In this document: positions 18,406 through 28,728 of the stretch, piece after piece | Numbering within the stretch: position 1 is the first letter of the stretch | Layout: every line of letters starts with the position of its first letter | From: a virus | Taxonomy: Duplodnaviria; Caudoviricetes | Strand: one strand, 5' to 3' | DNA length: 64,000 bases | IMG/VR virus record: IMGVR_UViG_3300028832_000096 | Notes under the pieces: model-generated | Seen by the model: only the letters and a program-made list of their open reading frames with translations | Databases searched by the model: none | Told to the model about the DNA's origin: nothing | Translations under genes and position numbers: made by a program

Positions 18406-18735
18406 TTATTTTCCCTCATATCGCATACAACCAACCCATTTCTTAAAACCTAATTTTTCATACCAAGATGTAAGTTGTTGTACTGTCATTGCTTTATTAC
18501 CTATAGGTGCGGGCTGTAGTTCAATCGGTACGTTAAGATAATCTGCAATCTGAATAATCTTATGCATTAACTCCGTACCTATACCTTGACCTTGCTTATC
18601 TTCATCTACTTTAATACCGTGCACCCAAATACACGGATTTTTAGGGTTATCCATAGACCAACAAAGAACACCACCATCTACTTTGATTTCATATTTTTTA
18701 TAAAAATCATAAGATGATTTAATGTACCTTTTCAT
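18406..18735 (-). CDS. GNAT acetyltransferase with MKRYIKSS leader
   Basis: IKVDEDKQGQGIGTELM acetyl-CoA motif; WYEKLGF. Confidence 0.8.
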   Translation of the reverse strand: MKRYIKSSYDFYKKYEIKVDGGVLCWSMDNPKNPCIWVHGIKVDEDKQGQGIGTELMHKIIQIADYLNVPIELQPAPIGNKAMTVQQLTSWYEKLGFKKWVGCMRYEGK

Positions 18736-19368
18736 TTATTCCTCGCCATAGCTGTTATCTTCAATAATATCATCAATATCTGCTACATAAGTAAGCCAAG
18801 TCCAGTCGAATAACTTTGTTTGACTCATGAATGTGAGGTTTGCTGCTACACCTGCGTTTAACTTACCTAAGAATTCAGTACGCTTGCAGCTGTAATTCAT
18901 ATCAATCCAATCAGGGCAATGCTCAACATTGAAAGCAACTATGTATTCAGCAAAAACTTTGTTACCTAAATCGTCATAATCAAATACAAGAAGCCTTCTT
19001 ATCTTATCGTAATTGAGTCCAGACAATGTAATAAGATAAGAAATCTGCTCACCGCTGAGATGCTGATTGATTTCAAATGTAACGTCAAATCCAAATTTAT
19101 TCAACTCTTTAAGTATATCATCAGTAGAAAATTCTCTAATAATTCCAGATTCTGGGTCAGGAGTTAATAAACTTCCTTTAGAATTTATAAGACAAGCAAA
19201 TAATGTTCCATATTGAGCATGATTAACTAGAATAATAGTTCCTTCTAATCTATGTGAACCGTCATCGATTACTTGCTTTACAGTTATGTATAAATCTACG
19301 GAATTATTTGACTTACATTCTGATAGCTGTAACCAATTAGAAATGTTGTAACGAAGTGGTGCGTTCAT
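18736..19368 (-). CDS. Hypothetical protein
   Basis: 210 aa, coupled to neighbours. Confidence 0.7.
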   Translation of the reverse strand: MNAPLRYNISNWLQLSECKSNNSVDLYITVKQVIDDGSHRLEGTIILVNHAQYGTLFACLINSKGSLLTPDPESGIIREFSTDDILKELNKFGFDVTFEINQHLSGEQISYLITLSGLNYDKIRRLLVFDYDDLGNKVFAEYIVAFNVEHCPDWIDMNYSCKRTEFLGKLNAGVAANLTFMSQTKLFDWTWLTYVADIDDIIEDNSYGEE

Positions 19369-19718
19369 ACAGCTTCCTCTTTTAATGACTCAAGATAATC
19401 TCTATTTTCAGCTACGAAATTGCGTAATTCAATTTGAAAAGCAACTAACCTATCTGTATTTGTTTCCGGATACTCACTGAAATACTGCGCAACTAAATCA
19501 AGCTTGAGCTTGAAGTATAGGATTTTGTTTTCCTCATCAGTAATCTCAGGATGTTTTTCTTGGAATATAAAATATCGTGTTAATACAGAACTAAATGCTT
19601 TATGAACTACTGCACTGTTCTTTGTTAAATCGGCCTTTTCAAGAGTCTTGAAGTTAGTCGAATTGTAGTTCTTCAAATCTTTAAAGAAAATTGTTGTAAG
19701 GTCTTTACTACTTCTCAT
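19365..19718 (-). CDS. Hypothetical protein
   Basis: 117 aa, directly after portal. Confidence 0.7.
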   Translation of the reverse strand: MRSSKDLTTIFFKDLKNYNSTNFKTLEKADLTKNSAVVHKAFSSVLTRYFIFQEKHPEITDEENKILYFKLKLDLVAQYFSEYPETNTDRLVAFQIELRNFVAENRDYLESLKEEAV

Positions 19719-19719
19719 A

Positions 19720-21246
19720 TTACATCATACCTCCACCCATTCCGCCTTCTTCACCGCTCTTTAAATCAACACCCCATTTCATTACATTGGAGCCGGTTTG
19801 AGGTAAGGACTGTGACAAGATTTCAGTTATTGCTTTCTTATATGCTTCAGGGTCATTGATACCTAAGTTCTTCATAAGGTCAGATATTGATGCAGCTTGA
19901 TTGATGGAAGAATCACGCTTATCAAACTGTACCTGGTCCATATTAGTGATAATAGGGCTCATGTTGAGAACAAATTTATCAACGAAACCACTCATGTTTC
20001 TAGACAAGAAATACTTATTAAGTGCATCTCTCCAGCCGTTCTTATAAGCGGTTTCAATTCTTAATAAGTGGTTAGCATAAAGAGCAGACCTCTGTGACAT
20101 TACTGCGCCTGCTCCGCCTAATCCTTCAGCAGATGAGAAGTTCATTGCTTCCTTAGGAACACCAAGAACAGATAACTTCTTATCCTGATAATAGTTAAGA
20201 AGTTTGTTCTCACTTTCGGTAGGCTCACCCATGTTGAGGTCTGTAATAGAAACTGCGTCCTGACCGTTTACCTTTGCAAGATAAATCAAGTTATTAGGGC
20301 TCTGTGGATTGACGAAGCTCTCCGCATTACCTGTAGCAGTATTGAGTGCTAACTGCTGCTCAATCATGTCCTTGATTACCTGTAAATTCTGCCTGATTTC
20401 ATCTTCCTCTGTAGTCGTACCACAATCTACATTGACGAATCTGACAGTACGAGTAAGTGATGAAAGCAACATTGCATCTTCAAGAAGGCTTAATGTTTGT
20501 GTAGGCTGTACTGCTTGCGACAAAATAGGTTCAGCGAACTGAATATCATAATCAACAGATTCACCTTTAGAGTTAACACCTGAAATATGATACTTACCTA
20601 ACAAGCCTCCTAATGAGAAATGAATAACAGATGATTCAGGATAACTAATAATCGTATCGCCTGAAAATGACGCAGAATTAGGGTCAGATGACGCCTGATA
20701 GATATAGCCCTGAGGTTTTCCTTGATACCATAAATGAACAATGTCTTCGGGTGGTATCATATAAGACGGGATAATATCATAATCGAGATTAAGTAATGTG
20801 TTATCGTCTAGCGAAACTAATTCTCTATTTTGATGTACTCCAGGGCCTCTATAAATTTCTGTTGTAGGAATATAGACCTGACCAATTGTTGCTAATTCAA
20901 GAATATGGTCTCTTGCGTAGTCATTTACCTTCCAACGCTTAAAACACTGATTGATAATGTCAGCTACCTGCTGTAAATCTTCAGATACAGCAGTAGCCCA
21001 GATAACATCACCACCTGTATTAGGCGTTGTAGCATCTGTTGCATAATATGATAATGCGGTGCTTATTTGAGAATCTCTTGCAAGTGCACGCATTACATTT
21101 ATTTGTGTTCTAATATCTTCAATATCAGAATCTCCGCGAAGGTCTGATATCTTATAGAAAGTACCACCTACACATACAGTACTTCTTAATCTAGATATTG
21201 TATTGCCTTTACGGGGTCCAAATAATCTGTCTAACCATCGAGCCAT
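19720..21246 (-). CDS. Portal protein (T4 gp20-like)
   Basis: DSQISTALSYYATDAT, LSLLEDAMLL..L.R, YYQDKKLSVLGVP; near terminase. Confidence 0.8.
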   Translation of the reverse strand: MARWLDRLFGPRKGNTISRLRSTVCVGGTFYKISDLRGDSDIEDIRTQINVMRALARDSQISTALSYYATDATTPNTGGDVIWATAVSEDLQQVADIINQCFKRWKVNDYARDHILELATIGQVYIPTTEIYRGPGVHQNRELVSLDDNTLLNLDYDIIPSYMIPPEDIVHLWYQGKPQGYIYQASSDPNSASFSGDTIISYPESSVIHFSLGGLLGKYHISGVNSKGESVDYDIQFAEPILSQAVQPTQTLSLLEDAMLLSSLTRTVRFVNVDCGTTTEEDEIRQNLQVIKDMIEQQLALNTATGNAESFVNPQSPNNLIYLAKVNGQDAVSITDLNMGEPTESENKLLNYYQDKKLSVLGVPKEAMNFSSAEGLGGAGAVMSQRSALYANHLLRIETAYKNGWRDALNKYFLSRNMSGFVDKFVLNMSPIITNMDQVQFDKRDSSINQAASISDLMKNLGINDPEAYKKAITEILSQSLPQTGSNVMKWGVDLKSGEEGGMGGGMM

Positions 21247-21278
21247 TGGAAAATTCCTCCAAATCTATACGAATATAA

Positions 21279-21284
21279 AAGGTT
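21279..21284 (-). promoter_or_regulatory. AACCTT motif
   Basis: Upstream of the portal. Confidence 0.55.
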
Positions 21285-22851
21285 ACTTAAGGAATTTTTC
21301 AAGGTCTGCGTCTATCTGATATCTAGCGAAGAATGCAGATTCATCAAACATCGGAATATCTAATTCCCTTGCGGCCTGAATTGCTAATCCATCAATATTC
21401 TCTTTAATATCACCAACAACTACACACTGAACTTTCTTGTCGAAAGCAGTTACTACATCTGCAGAATAACTGTTGAAAATAGCAGTAATATCTTCTAAGC
21501 TTCCGTGCATGAATGTTCCGGTAATCATGATGCGCTTATTTCTAAGAATAGGGTCGCCATCAAATTTAACAATTCTATCTCCTTCAATAACCTTAATCTG
21601 GTCAGAGGACATGATTGTATCTAATTCTACGAGGTTTCTAGGATTATTCAACCAGTTGTTGAACCTGATAGGCAGGTCCATATCAAGCTCTGTTCTAATT
21701 CTACGAGGACCCTCTAAGTAATACTTAACTGTCTTGTAGTTGTTATTGCACTTGTTGCAGAACTTAACAAGCCACTCCCTGCTCATTCCTACATCGCCAT
21801 CAATACTTGCAAGTATGATTTCAGATAAATGCTTTTCAATCTTGATATCTTTATACTGAGGTAAAATAAGTAAGTCAGGAAGTATCTGGATTTCATGCTT
21901 TTCTAACAACTCATCAAATATGTTAGTGGGCAATTCAGGCAGACCTAATATCTTACAGAACCTTGTAACTCTAGGATACAATCTAGATATGCAGAATTCG
22001 TCAGAACAAACCATAGGACCAGATTGAGGGACATCAAGAATCTTACCGCAATATGTACATACAGAACGTCTAGATAATCTATTGCTATCCTCCTGTGCTT
22101 GTGTACTACTCCAAATTACCTTGTTACCTTCAAGAACAATCTGAGAATCTTTCTGAATATTAAATGCTACAGCATCAGGATAATCCATTGTAAGTGTAAC
22201 ATTATCACCATACACAACGCCATATTTAATATAACCGTCATGGTCTGTAAATCTCTGTGGTGTTTCAATTACTTTAGCTGTTGTTAAGTCTGTTGAATGG
22301 AATACGCCTTTGTTCTGTCCTTCAAAGACAATAAAGCCAGCTATAAGAGGATATTCAAAATGAATATAAGAATTTCCTGTGATATATGTTTTGAGTGTTT
22401 CTGCTGTTGCATCATAAGGAACTGCCCAACAAGGAAGCGATTCAAAACCAACCATCTTTGTCCAAGCCTGCATAGATGAAGGTGTTATTTGCATTGCGCC
22501 GCTTTCTACAGCACCTACATAGAATCTATATCCAGGAGTTCCTGATTTCATATCAGCTACAATGGAGTCAAATTCGCAATCAGGAAGAATTCCTTGTTTA
22601 GCATTAATCTTAGGAGAATAGAAAACACCAATAATATCGGTAGTGCCTCCATGAAGCTTGATTGAGTTAGGAACTAAGCCCTCTTTAACAATCAGCTTCA
22701 GAAATTCTTCTCCAAGGTCAGTTTTAACATTGATGCCCTGATACACTTTGTGAAGTATTCCATGAACATCATAACGAAGTGTAGCAAGAAGACCCATAGG
22801 CACGATATAAGCTAACGAACCTGGAGTACAAACGGTTTTTGTGAACAGCAT
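21283..22851 (-). CDS. Degenerate NAD-dependent DNA ligase-like protein (adenylation-like, OB, Zn-finger, BRCT)
   Basis: CTYCG...CSDEFC Zn finger; BRCT (IMITGTF...VVVG...ARELDIPMFDE); motif I reads IVPMG instead of KxDG. Confidence 0.65.
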   Translation of the reverse strand: MLFTKTVCTPGSLAYIVPMGLLATLRYDVHGILHKVYQGINVKTDLGEEFLKLIVKEGLVPNSIKLHGGTTDIIGVFYSPKINAKQGILPDCEFDSIVADMKSGTPGYRFYVGAVESGAMQITPSSMQAWTKMVGFESLPCWAVPYDATAETLKTYITGNSYIHFEYPLIAGFIVFEGQNKGVFHSTDLTTAKVIETPQRFTDHDGYIKYGVVYGDNVTLTMDYPDAVAFNIQKDSQIVLEGNKVIWSSTQAQEDSNRLSRRSVCTYCGKILDVPQSGPMVCSDEFCISRLYPRVTRFCKILGLPELPTNIFDELLEKHEIQILPDLLILPQYKDIKIEKHLSEIILASIDGDVGMSREWLVKFCNKCNNNYKTVKYYLEGPRRIRTELDMDLPIRFNNWLNNPRNLVELDTIMSSDQIKVIEGDRIVKFDGDPILRNKRIMITGTFMHGSLEDITAIFNSYSADVVTAFDKKVQCVVVGDIKENIDGLAIQAARELDIPMFDESAFFARYQIDADLEKFLK

Positions 22852-22891
22852 ATTGTGTTCCTCCTTCTTAAAAATAATTTATTTAAAGTTA

Positions 22892-25330
22892 TTAAAACTT
22901 TCTGTATTGATTACCAAATCCAGGTAATGGCGATTTTATTCCTGAACCAAACCTATTTGGTATGCCATAATTGTTACCAGTATTTACTGATGCAATTGCA
23001 TTGATTACACTCTTAGCAGGAGGTTTAACTAAATCTAAATGAGCAATTAGCGTAGAACATGCTCCGCATAAAGCATCGGCACAGTCTTTACCTATTCCTT
23101 TTGAGTTATATCCATTTTCCAATTTTGGTAATTCTGTTAATGAATTACTTTGTGCAGGGTGGTCGACACGGTCGCCATTTCTTTGCAAATTAATTAACTC
23201 AATTTCTTGCAAATCGCATTTTACTAATTCTAATCTTTGGTCTTGCAATAAGTTCCTTAATGAGATGTAGGGGTCAATAGTTCTATCAACAGATACCTTT
23301 TCTGTATCAAAACCTTGTTGGTCTAAATTCTCTCTAACATAAGATGATTGATACTGGTCGGTTGAGATTATGCCTAAAGCAAAACCGCTGCGTCTTAACC
23401 AGAGAATGAAATTGATAACTTTCTGGAAAGACATTCTATCGCCTCTAGGTGCTCCGATAGCAACTTGAAATATCTGTCTAAAGAAAGGCATAAGGACTTT
23501 TTTATTTGTTTCCAAATCTACAATAGTTTTATTGCCATCAACCACTACTCCAGATATTCCTATATGGTCTGACTTCTCAGCGAAGTCGATATGGATGTTC
23601 ATAGGTAAAGCTCGCAAATTAGCTGGAACTACTTCTGGATGGAAATGACGCTCTATTGTATCATTGTCTCTCAAACCTATCTCATAGTAATCTTCAAAGA
23701 AAGGATTTACTCTAGTTTCAGAAACATTAGGAGTTATCATATCTTGTGTGATAAATCCCATTGCACCTACTACGGAAATACCTGCAATGTCTCTTAAAGC
23801 GATATCATAGTCGGCTTTGAAGTTTGGTTTATAATCTGCAGGTACTTCTAAGACCTTGTAGCCTTCTGTTCGATACTCTTGCAGATGCTGTTCATCAGAA
23901 TTTTCATCAGGTACTACAAAACCTCTCTTATATCTGTCGCCTACAGTAATATAAAACTTTTCTGTGCCGAAACGATAAGATGGCAATACTTCCCACTGAG
24001 GTTTGTCAAACAAATACATGTGAGTATTACCTGAATCAATCTGCTTTTCAATATGGTCTGAAAGATAATCGTTATCACTGTTCTTAGAAGAACAAGTAAA
24101 CATCTTTCCATATATTTTACCATTGAGTTTGAATGTACCTGTGATACGAGCATTCGCTGTATCATATATGTGCTTCATGTGGGACTTAGATATCGAAATA
24201 TCTTTTACACCTGCTCGAGAAAAATTTACCTCATCTTGCAAAAGGCAGTTATGAGAAACAATATCACTATTATCTGTAGAGATTATAAAATTATGCAAAT
24301 CTCCTGCATTGATTACATCATACACTGGAATAGGCTTGTCATAATGAATATGTTCTATTTTAGCAACCTTCATTAATAGACTTCCAAATGAAAATACCTT
24401 ATCACTCTCAGTCAATTCGTCTAATCTCTTGTATGTACCATCTGCAAGCATTACTCTATGCTCAGGAGTCCCTTCAAATACTGAACCGTCTTCTAATGTT
24501 ATCTTTATAGTATCGCTTGTATACTTTGTTAGCATAACCGGAGCAGTCGCATAACAGTAATTAGAAGCATTATAATCATACTGCAAAACATTAATGACAC
24601 TATTTGCTAATTCAGATATAGGAAATATTCCCTTATCAGTAACAATCTTAGTACTTCCTACTAAACACCAAAGCTGCATGCCGAGAACGTGAGCTGCATC
24701 GGAAGCAGTTACTAACTCAATCTTATCACCTTCAGGTATGTATACAGGATAGCGTGCATTTGTGAATCGGCCATGAGAATTAAACCAAGGAGACTTTTTG
24801 AGAGTGTCGTTATACTCTCTGAAAGCTACACCTTCTGCGAGGTCTTTAGTAAGGTTAGCAAATGCAATTGTTGCTCGGGATACTTCTTTCAGACCAAAAT
24901 AAGCTTGAGGATTTCTATAACACATCAAGAGATATGTCATATAACACATCATTGAAACTGCGGTTGATGTTTTACCGATACGAGTAGCACCGGAAAGGAT
25001 AACTTCGTACTTTTCTTCCTCAGAATTAAATACAGTATTGTATGCGTCCCACCAGCCTGGATATATTTGAGAACCTTTGCCGTTAGACTCACCTAGATAC
25101 TCAGGGTCACATAAGAACCTGTCAATACTAACAGGTACTTCCTTAAAGTCTATCAAGTAAACTTGCTCTAATGTTTGAGAATATCCTTTATCGCTGAGCT
25201 CTTCAACAATCTTGATTAATACAGCTTGCTCCATAGGAGTACAACTGCTGTATATATCCTTAATACGTACGATTATGTCTTCATAATCTAGAGCATCACT
25301 GCGTATTGGCGTTTGTATTAGTTCCGTCAT
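22892..25330 (-). CDS. Terminase large subunit with intein
   Basis: Walker A GATRIGKT, Walker B LLQDE after the intein, HIDFA and KDCADA nuclease motifs. Confidence 0.9.
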   Translation of the reverse strand: MTELIQTPIRSDALDYEDIIVRIKDIYSSCTPMEQAVLIKIVEELSDKGYSQTLEQVYLIDFKEVPVSIDRFLCDPEYLGESNGKGSQIYPGWWDAYNTVFNSEEEKYEVILSGATRIGKTSTAVSMMCYMTYLLMCYRNPQAYFGLKEVSRATIAFANLTKDLAEGVAFREYNDTLKKSPWFNSHGRFTNARYPVYIPEGDKIELVTASDAAHVLGMQLWCLVGSTKIVTDKGIFPISELANSVINVLQYDYNASNYCYATAPVMLTKYTSDTIKITLEDGSVFEGTPEHRVMLADGTYKRLDELTESDKVFSFGSLLMKVAKIEHIHYDKPIPVYDVINAGDLHNFIISTDNSDIVSHNCLLQDEVNFSRAGVKDISISKSHMKHIYDTANARITGTFKLNGKIYGKMFTCSSKNSDNDYLSDHIEKQIDSGNTHMYLFDKPQWEVLPSYRFGTEKFYITVGDRYKRGFVVPDENSDEQHLQEYRTEGYKVLEVPADYKPNFKADYDIALRDIAGISVVGAMGFITQDMITPNVSETRVNPFFEDYYEIGLRDNDTIERHFHPEVVPANLRALPMNIHIDFAEKSDHIGISGVVVDGNKTIVDLETNKKVLMPFFRQIFQVAIGAPRGDRMSFQKVINFILWLRRSGFALGIISTDQYQSSYVRENLDQQGFDTEKVSVDRTIDPYISLRNLLQDQRLELVKCDLQEIELINLQRNGDRVDHPAQSNSLTELPKLENGYNSKGIGKDCADALCGACSTLIAHLDLVKPPAKSVINAIASVNTGNNYGIPNRFGSGIKSPLPGFGNQYRKF
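24248..24667 (-). mobile_element. 140-aa mini-intein in terminase
   Basis: CLVGSTKIVT block A, GTPEHRV block B, VYDV...HNF...VSHN|C block F/G; no endonuclease. Confidence 0.9.
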
Positions 25331-25919
25331 TATTCTCAGTTACCTCATTCTCTGAAAGGTTTTCGGCAGAAGGGTTCTCTGTAGAAGTGTTTTCTGTTTT
25401 GCGGAGTTCTGTTAACAATGCTTGCGCACCATTTCTAATTGCATTACGAGATTCTTTCGGCAGTATAGCTGCACCAAAAGAAGTTTCTTCATTAATTTCT
25501 CGAGGAGGTGCGATTGAATCTAAATCTATGTCCATGTAAGGTTTGAGCAATTCCTGAGATAATACCATAGACTTTTGTAAATCGCCTTGCACCTTAACAA
25601 GCATTAACATTGTGGCAGGGTCAAATTCATCCATTTGAGACAGGTTGGCATCAATAGATGCGTATAACTTATCTTCAAGCCTGTCCATTACTTCAGTATA
25701 TCTTATAATTCTTGATACTTGATGATATACTTGAAGAACTGCTATGTTTTGTAATGCTACTTTTGCAGAAGTAATATCGTTCTTCTTGCATGTTAAAAGG
25801 GCAGTCCTCATTTGGTCTGCCTGTGCTTTTTGTTCTTGTAATAAGGGGTCTACAAGACTATCGTCTAATACAGGTATATCTTCAGGCGCCCCAACGGTTT
25901 TGAGCTCGTCATTTTCCAT
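25296..25919 (-). CDS. Putative terminase small subunit
   Basis: Helical 207 aa, overlaps the TerL start; assigned from position only. Confidence 0.45.
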   Translation of the reverse strand: MENDELKTVGAPEDIPVLDDSLVDPLLQEQKAQADQMRTALLTCKKNDITSAKVALQNIAVLQVYHQVSRIIRYTEVMDRLEDKLYASIDANLSQMDEFDPATMLMLVKVQGDLQKSMVLSQELLKPYMDIDLDSIAPPREINEETSFGAAILPKESRNAIRNGAQALLTELRKTENTSTENPSAENLSENEVTENNDGTNTNANTQ

Positions 25920-25965
25920 CTGTTTATGATACCTTTTTGTAATTTTGGTTTTGTTATCACTAATA

Positions 25966-25971
25966 AAGGTT
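25966..25971 (-). promoter_or_regulatory. AACCTT motif
   Basis: Between a terminator and the packaging operon. Confidence 0.55.
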
Positions 25972-25974
25972 AAA

Positions 25975-26008
25975 CAAAATAAAAAAGACCTTAGCGGAAT
26001 GCTAAGGC
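25975..26008 (-). terminator. Intrinsic terminator
   Basis: CCTTAGC/GCTAAGG stem followed by TTTTTTATTTT on the minus strand. Confidence 0.75.
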
Positions 26009-26045
26009 CTCGATATCCCTCGAAAGGAGTTTATATGTCTAAGTA

Positions 26046-26423
26046 TTATTTTAACTCTACCTTATAGCGATACAATCCATCCATAGACTTTATCGGCTCT
26101 GTTATAATAAATCCAGCATCTTCTATTATATCAGCTATTTCATTCTTAGCATAATTATCTGCTATCTTGACTAATTTTCTAGGTAAATACTGGCGCTTAA
26201 ATGTATAATCTACATTATCAATATCTTTCCCAGCAAGCTTATATAAATCAATTTTATCGCTCCATTTTTCTGTATCAGGTGCTACCCATATAGTAATCCA
26301 ATTCTTTCCAGAAGAAATACTTACAGTAACTGAATCAATACCTAAAATATTGCATATTTTCGATTCAATTAATCTTTCTATATCATCAAATGCATCATAC
26401 GATGCTTTTACAAATATCTTCAT
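26046..26423 (-). CDS. Hypothetical protein, MKIFVKAS leader
   Basis: 125 aa, AGGAG RBS. Confidence 0.75.
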   Translation of the reverse strand: MKIFVKASYDAFDDIERLIESKICNILGIDSVTVSISSGKNWITIWVAPDTEKWSDKIDLYKLAGKDIDNVDYTFKRQYLPRKLVKIADNYAKNEIADIIEDAGFIITEPIKSMDGLYRYKVELK

Positions 26424-26426
26424 AAC

Positions 26427-26606
26427 TTACTCCTGGCTGCCCATTAAGTCAAACATTACTACACTGAGATTTGCAATGTTATCTTTTGCGATTACATCAT
26501 CTTTATCACAAGTAGCAAGAATGTCGATTGCAGCTTTGATATGCTGCTGAGCGTCCTTATAGTTCTTTGACGCGTTGATTGTTTTCTTTGACTTCTTAAT
26601 CTGCAT
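26427..26606 (-). CDS. 59-aa hypothetical protein (not in ORF track)
   Basis: MQIKKSKKTINASKNYKDAQQHIKAAIDILA...GSQE fills the gap exactly; GGAGG upstream. Confidence 0.7.
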   Translation of the reverse strand: MQIKKSKKTINASKNYKDAQQHIKAAIDILATCDKDDVIAKDNIANLSVVMFDLMGSQE

Positions 26607-26607
26607 A

Positions 26608-27126
26608 TTATTTATTCCTCCTATATGTAGGTGTTATAATACCACTAATAGCTTTGCGAAGTTTATCTTCATCGTCAATTGCATATACATTATTGGATAC
26701 ATAGGAAAGCATCTTATCTATATACTGATTAGGAGTAAGTATTCCTTCTGTTGATATAGTTGCTTTGTAATTTCTCTTGAAAAATTTTAAGAAAATAGCA
26801 ACCCAATTATCTGCATAACTATCTATGTCAGTTGAATCAATTGATGTATAAGCAGTTCCTGGAAGATTGATTATTTCAATCTTATTATCAAAAGGAGAAT
26901 AAATCTCAGGAGTAACTCCTAATTTATCAGAAATCTTGTCAGCTACCTGCAGTGCAATATCAATAAAATTGACCGCATTTGCTAAATCTTTATCAGAAAT
27001 ATCTTCTTTAGTAACTCTATTAATTAAAAGCTTTGCACCTAAATCTGCAGGTCCTTTTAAATAAGATTTGAGTTCAGATATAACTGTATTACCTGCTTCT
27101 GTAGTAGATTTGATATAAATTTTCAT
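26608..27126 (-). CDS. Hypothetical protein, MKIYIKS leader
   Basis: 172 aa, GGAGG RBS. Confidence 0.75.
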   Translation of the reverse strand: MKIYIKSTTEAGNTVISELKSYLKGPADLGAKLLINRVTKEDISDKDLANAVNFIDIALQVADKISDKLGVTPEIYSPFDNKIEIINLPGTAYTSIDSTDIDSYADNWVAIFLKFFKRNYKATISTEGILTPNQYIDKMLSYVSNNVYAIDDEDKLRKAISGIITPTYRRNK

Positions 27127-27143
27127 ATAAACCCTCCAAGTAA

Positions 27144-27476
27144 TTATATTAGTCCTTCAGCTTTTAAAGCTTCATACATTTCAATAACGCCTAATGCAAA
27201 ATCTTTACTTGCGTCAAGATTTCCGTTAACTGCATCATTGTAAAATTGCTCAGCGTAGCCTTCCTGTCCTACATGAAGCGTTCCTTGTATCCTATCATAC
27301 TTGTCTTGAGCAAAACCAAAGAGGGCTTCTTTACCATCATCAGTCATCTCATCTAATATTTCAGGAATTGTGAGCTCACCCTCAGGGTCATATCTAGAAA
27401 GAATCTTATCTATAACATAAGTCTCGTTGTTATCATAAAGTATGTTGTATATCTGAATGAATTCATCTGTGCTCAT
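27144..27476 (-). CDS. Acidic hypothetical protein
   Basis: 110 aa, AAGGAG RBS; resembles the N-half of 27910-28449. Confidence 0.7.
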   Translation of the reverse strand: MSTDEFIQIYNILYDNNETYVIDKILSRYDPEGELTIPEILDEMTDDGKEALFGFAQDKYDRIQGTLHVGQEGYAEQFYNDAVNGNLDASKDFALGVIEMYEALKAEGLI

Positions 27477-27488
27477 GGTTTATTCTCC

Positions 27489-27872
27489 TTAATAATGTGA
27501 CATCATTGGTTTAATATCCTTATTTAATCTTTGTAATTCAACTGCAACGGTATCTAATACAGCATCTACATATTCATAAGGAGTTTCATACATTTCGTCA
27601 TCGTAGTCAGGGATTCTTCCTGTGCTAACTTCTTTACCTTTTTGAATATATCTTACCTGAAGCGGCTGTAAAGCTCCGATTTGTGCCCAAATATAAGGTG
27701 CTTCATCATAAGGGTGAATTTCAGATATTGTAGCTTTGAATTGGTCTAAATCCCCTAATTTATCGGCATCGACCATATGGCAACTAAACTTCTGTCTGCC
27801 CTGATTAAAAGATACATATTCGGTTAATTGCGAATTAAAATCCGAACTTGATTTAATATATCTTTTCATCAT
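27489..27872 (-). CDS. Hypothetical protein, MKRYIKSS leader
   Basis: 127 aa, AAAGGAGATAT RBS. Confidence 0.75.
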   Translation of the reverse strand: MMKRYIKSSSDFNSQLTEYVSFNQGRQKFSCHMVDADKLGDLDQFKATISEIHPYDEAPYIWAQIGALQPLQVRYIQKGKEVSTGRIPDYDDEMYETPYEYVDAVLDTVAVELQRLNKDIKPMMSHY

Positions 27873-27909
27873 ATATCTCCTTTAAAATAATCATCTGCAT
27901 CATTCCAAT

Positions 27910-28449
27910 TTATATATCTATATCGCAATTCAGATTATAAAGTCCGCACGTATAAGAACCCTCTAATAATTCCCAACCGTAATTAATAACGTACTTATAT
28001 TTTTTAATAAGCTTAACAATTTCTACTAATCGCTTAGGATAACCATCTGTTACCCTTATATGAACTGTGACGTATGAGCCCTTATATAACGAATCATAGC
28101 ACGTATATGTAAATACTTCAGCGTCATCTACGTGTTCAACAGTTAGAATGTCTGATATATCTTCAACAATTGCTTTGGCGGCTTTAGCACGTTTATCTGA
28201 TTTATGTTTTATTTCATCCATCTTAGATTGAGCTATTTCACATACAGTATATGCATCTTCGTCAGATAGCTTATCAAAGACCTGATACATTCTATCTTCA
28301 TTATATTCATCATACTTGTCAAATACCATATCTAAATCATAGCCGTATTTTTTGAATATCGAATCTATTTCATAACAAGTATCATAATACTGCGAATATT
28401 CAATTAAGTATCCATACGCTTCTATAAAATTATCTATATCTACTGGCAT
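27910..28449 (-). CDS. Acidic hypothetical protein
   Basis: 179 aa, GAGGAGGGAG RBS. Confidence 0.7.
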   Translation of the reverse strand: MPVDIDNFIEAYGYLIEYSQYYDTCYEIDSIFKKYGYDLDMVFDKYDEYNEDRMYQVFDKLSDEDAYTVCEIAQSKMDEIKHKSDKRAKAAKAIVEDISDILTVEHVDDAEVFTYTCYDSLYKGSYVTVHIRVTDGYPKRLVEIVKLIKKYKYVINYGWELLEGSYTCGLYNLNCDIDI

Positions 28450-28464
28450 CTGATAACTCCCTCC

Positions 28465-28725
28465 TCAGTTAAAATAATCTCCATCATTCCAATCATCTTC
28501 AGGAAACTTACCCTCCATAGCGTCAGAAATCATATCGGCTAATCTTCCTGACTCCTCTCTATCTATTACTTTCCATTTCCAAAGCCAAGTAATCATATCG
28601 CATGCAGTAGCAATATCTGTTGAAGATGCTGTACCTTTGCGAATCTTGTTGATTGTATCATTGATAAACTTTTTCTTATAATCAATGGTCTTTTGATTAA
28701 CTTTAGAATGTGAATAGATTTTCAT
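28465..28725 (-). CDS. Hypothetical protein
   Basis: 86 aa, GAGGT RBS, MKIYSHS start. Confidence 0.65.
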   Translation of the reverse strand: MKIYSHSKVNQKTIDYKKKFINDTINKIRKGTASSTDIATACDMITWLWKWKVIDREESGRLADMISDAMEGKFPEDDWNDGDYFN

Positions 28726-28728
28726 CTA

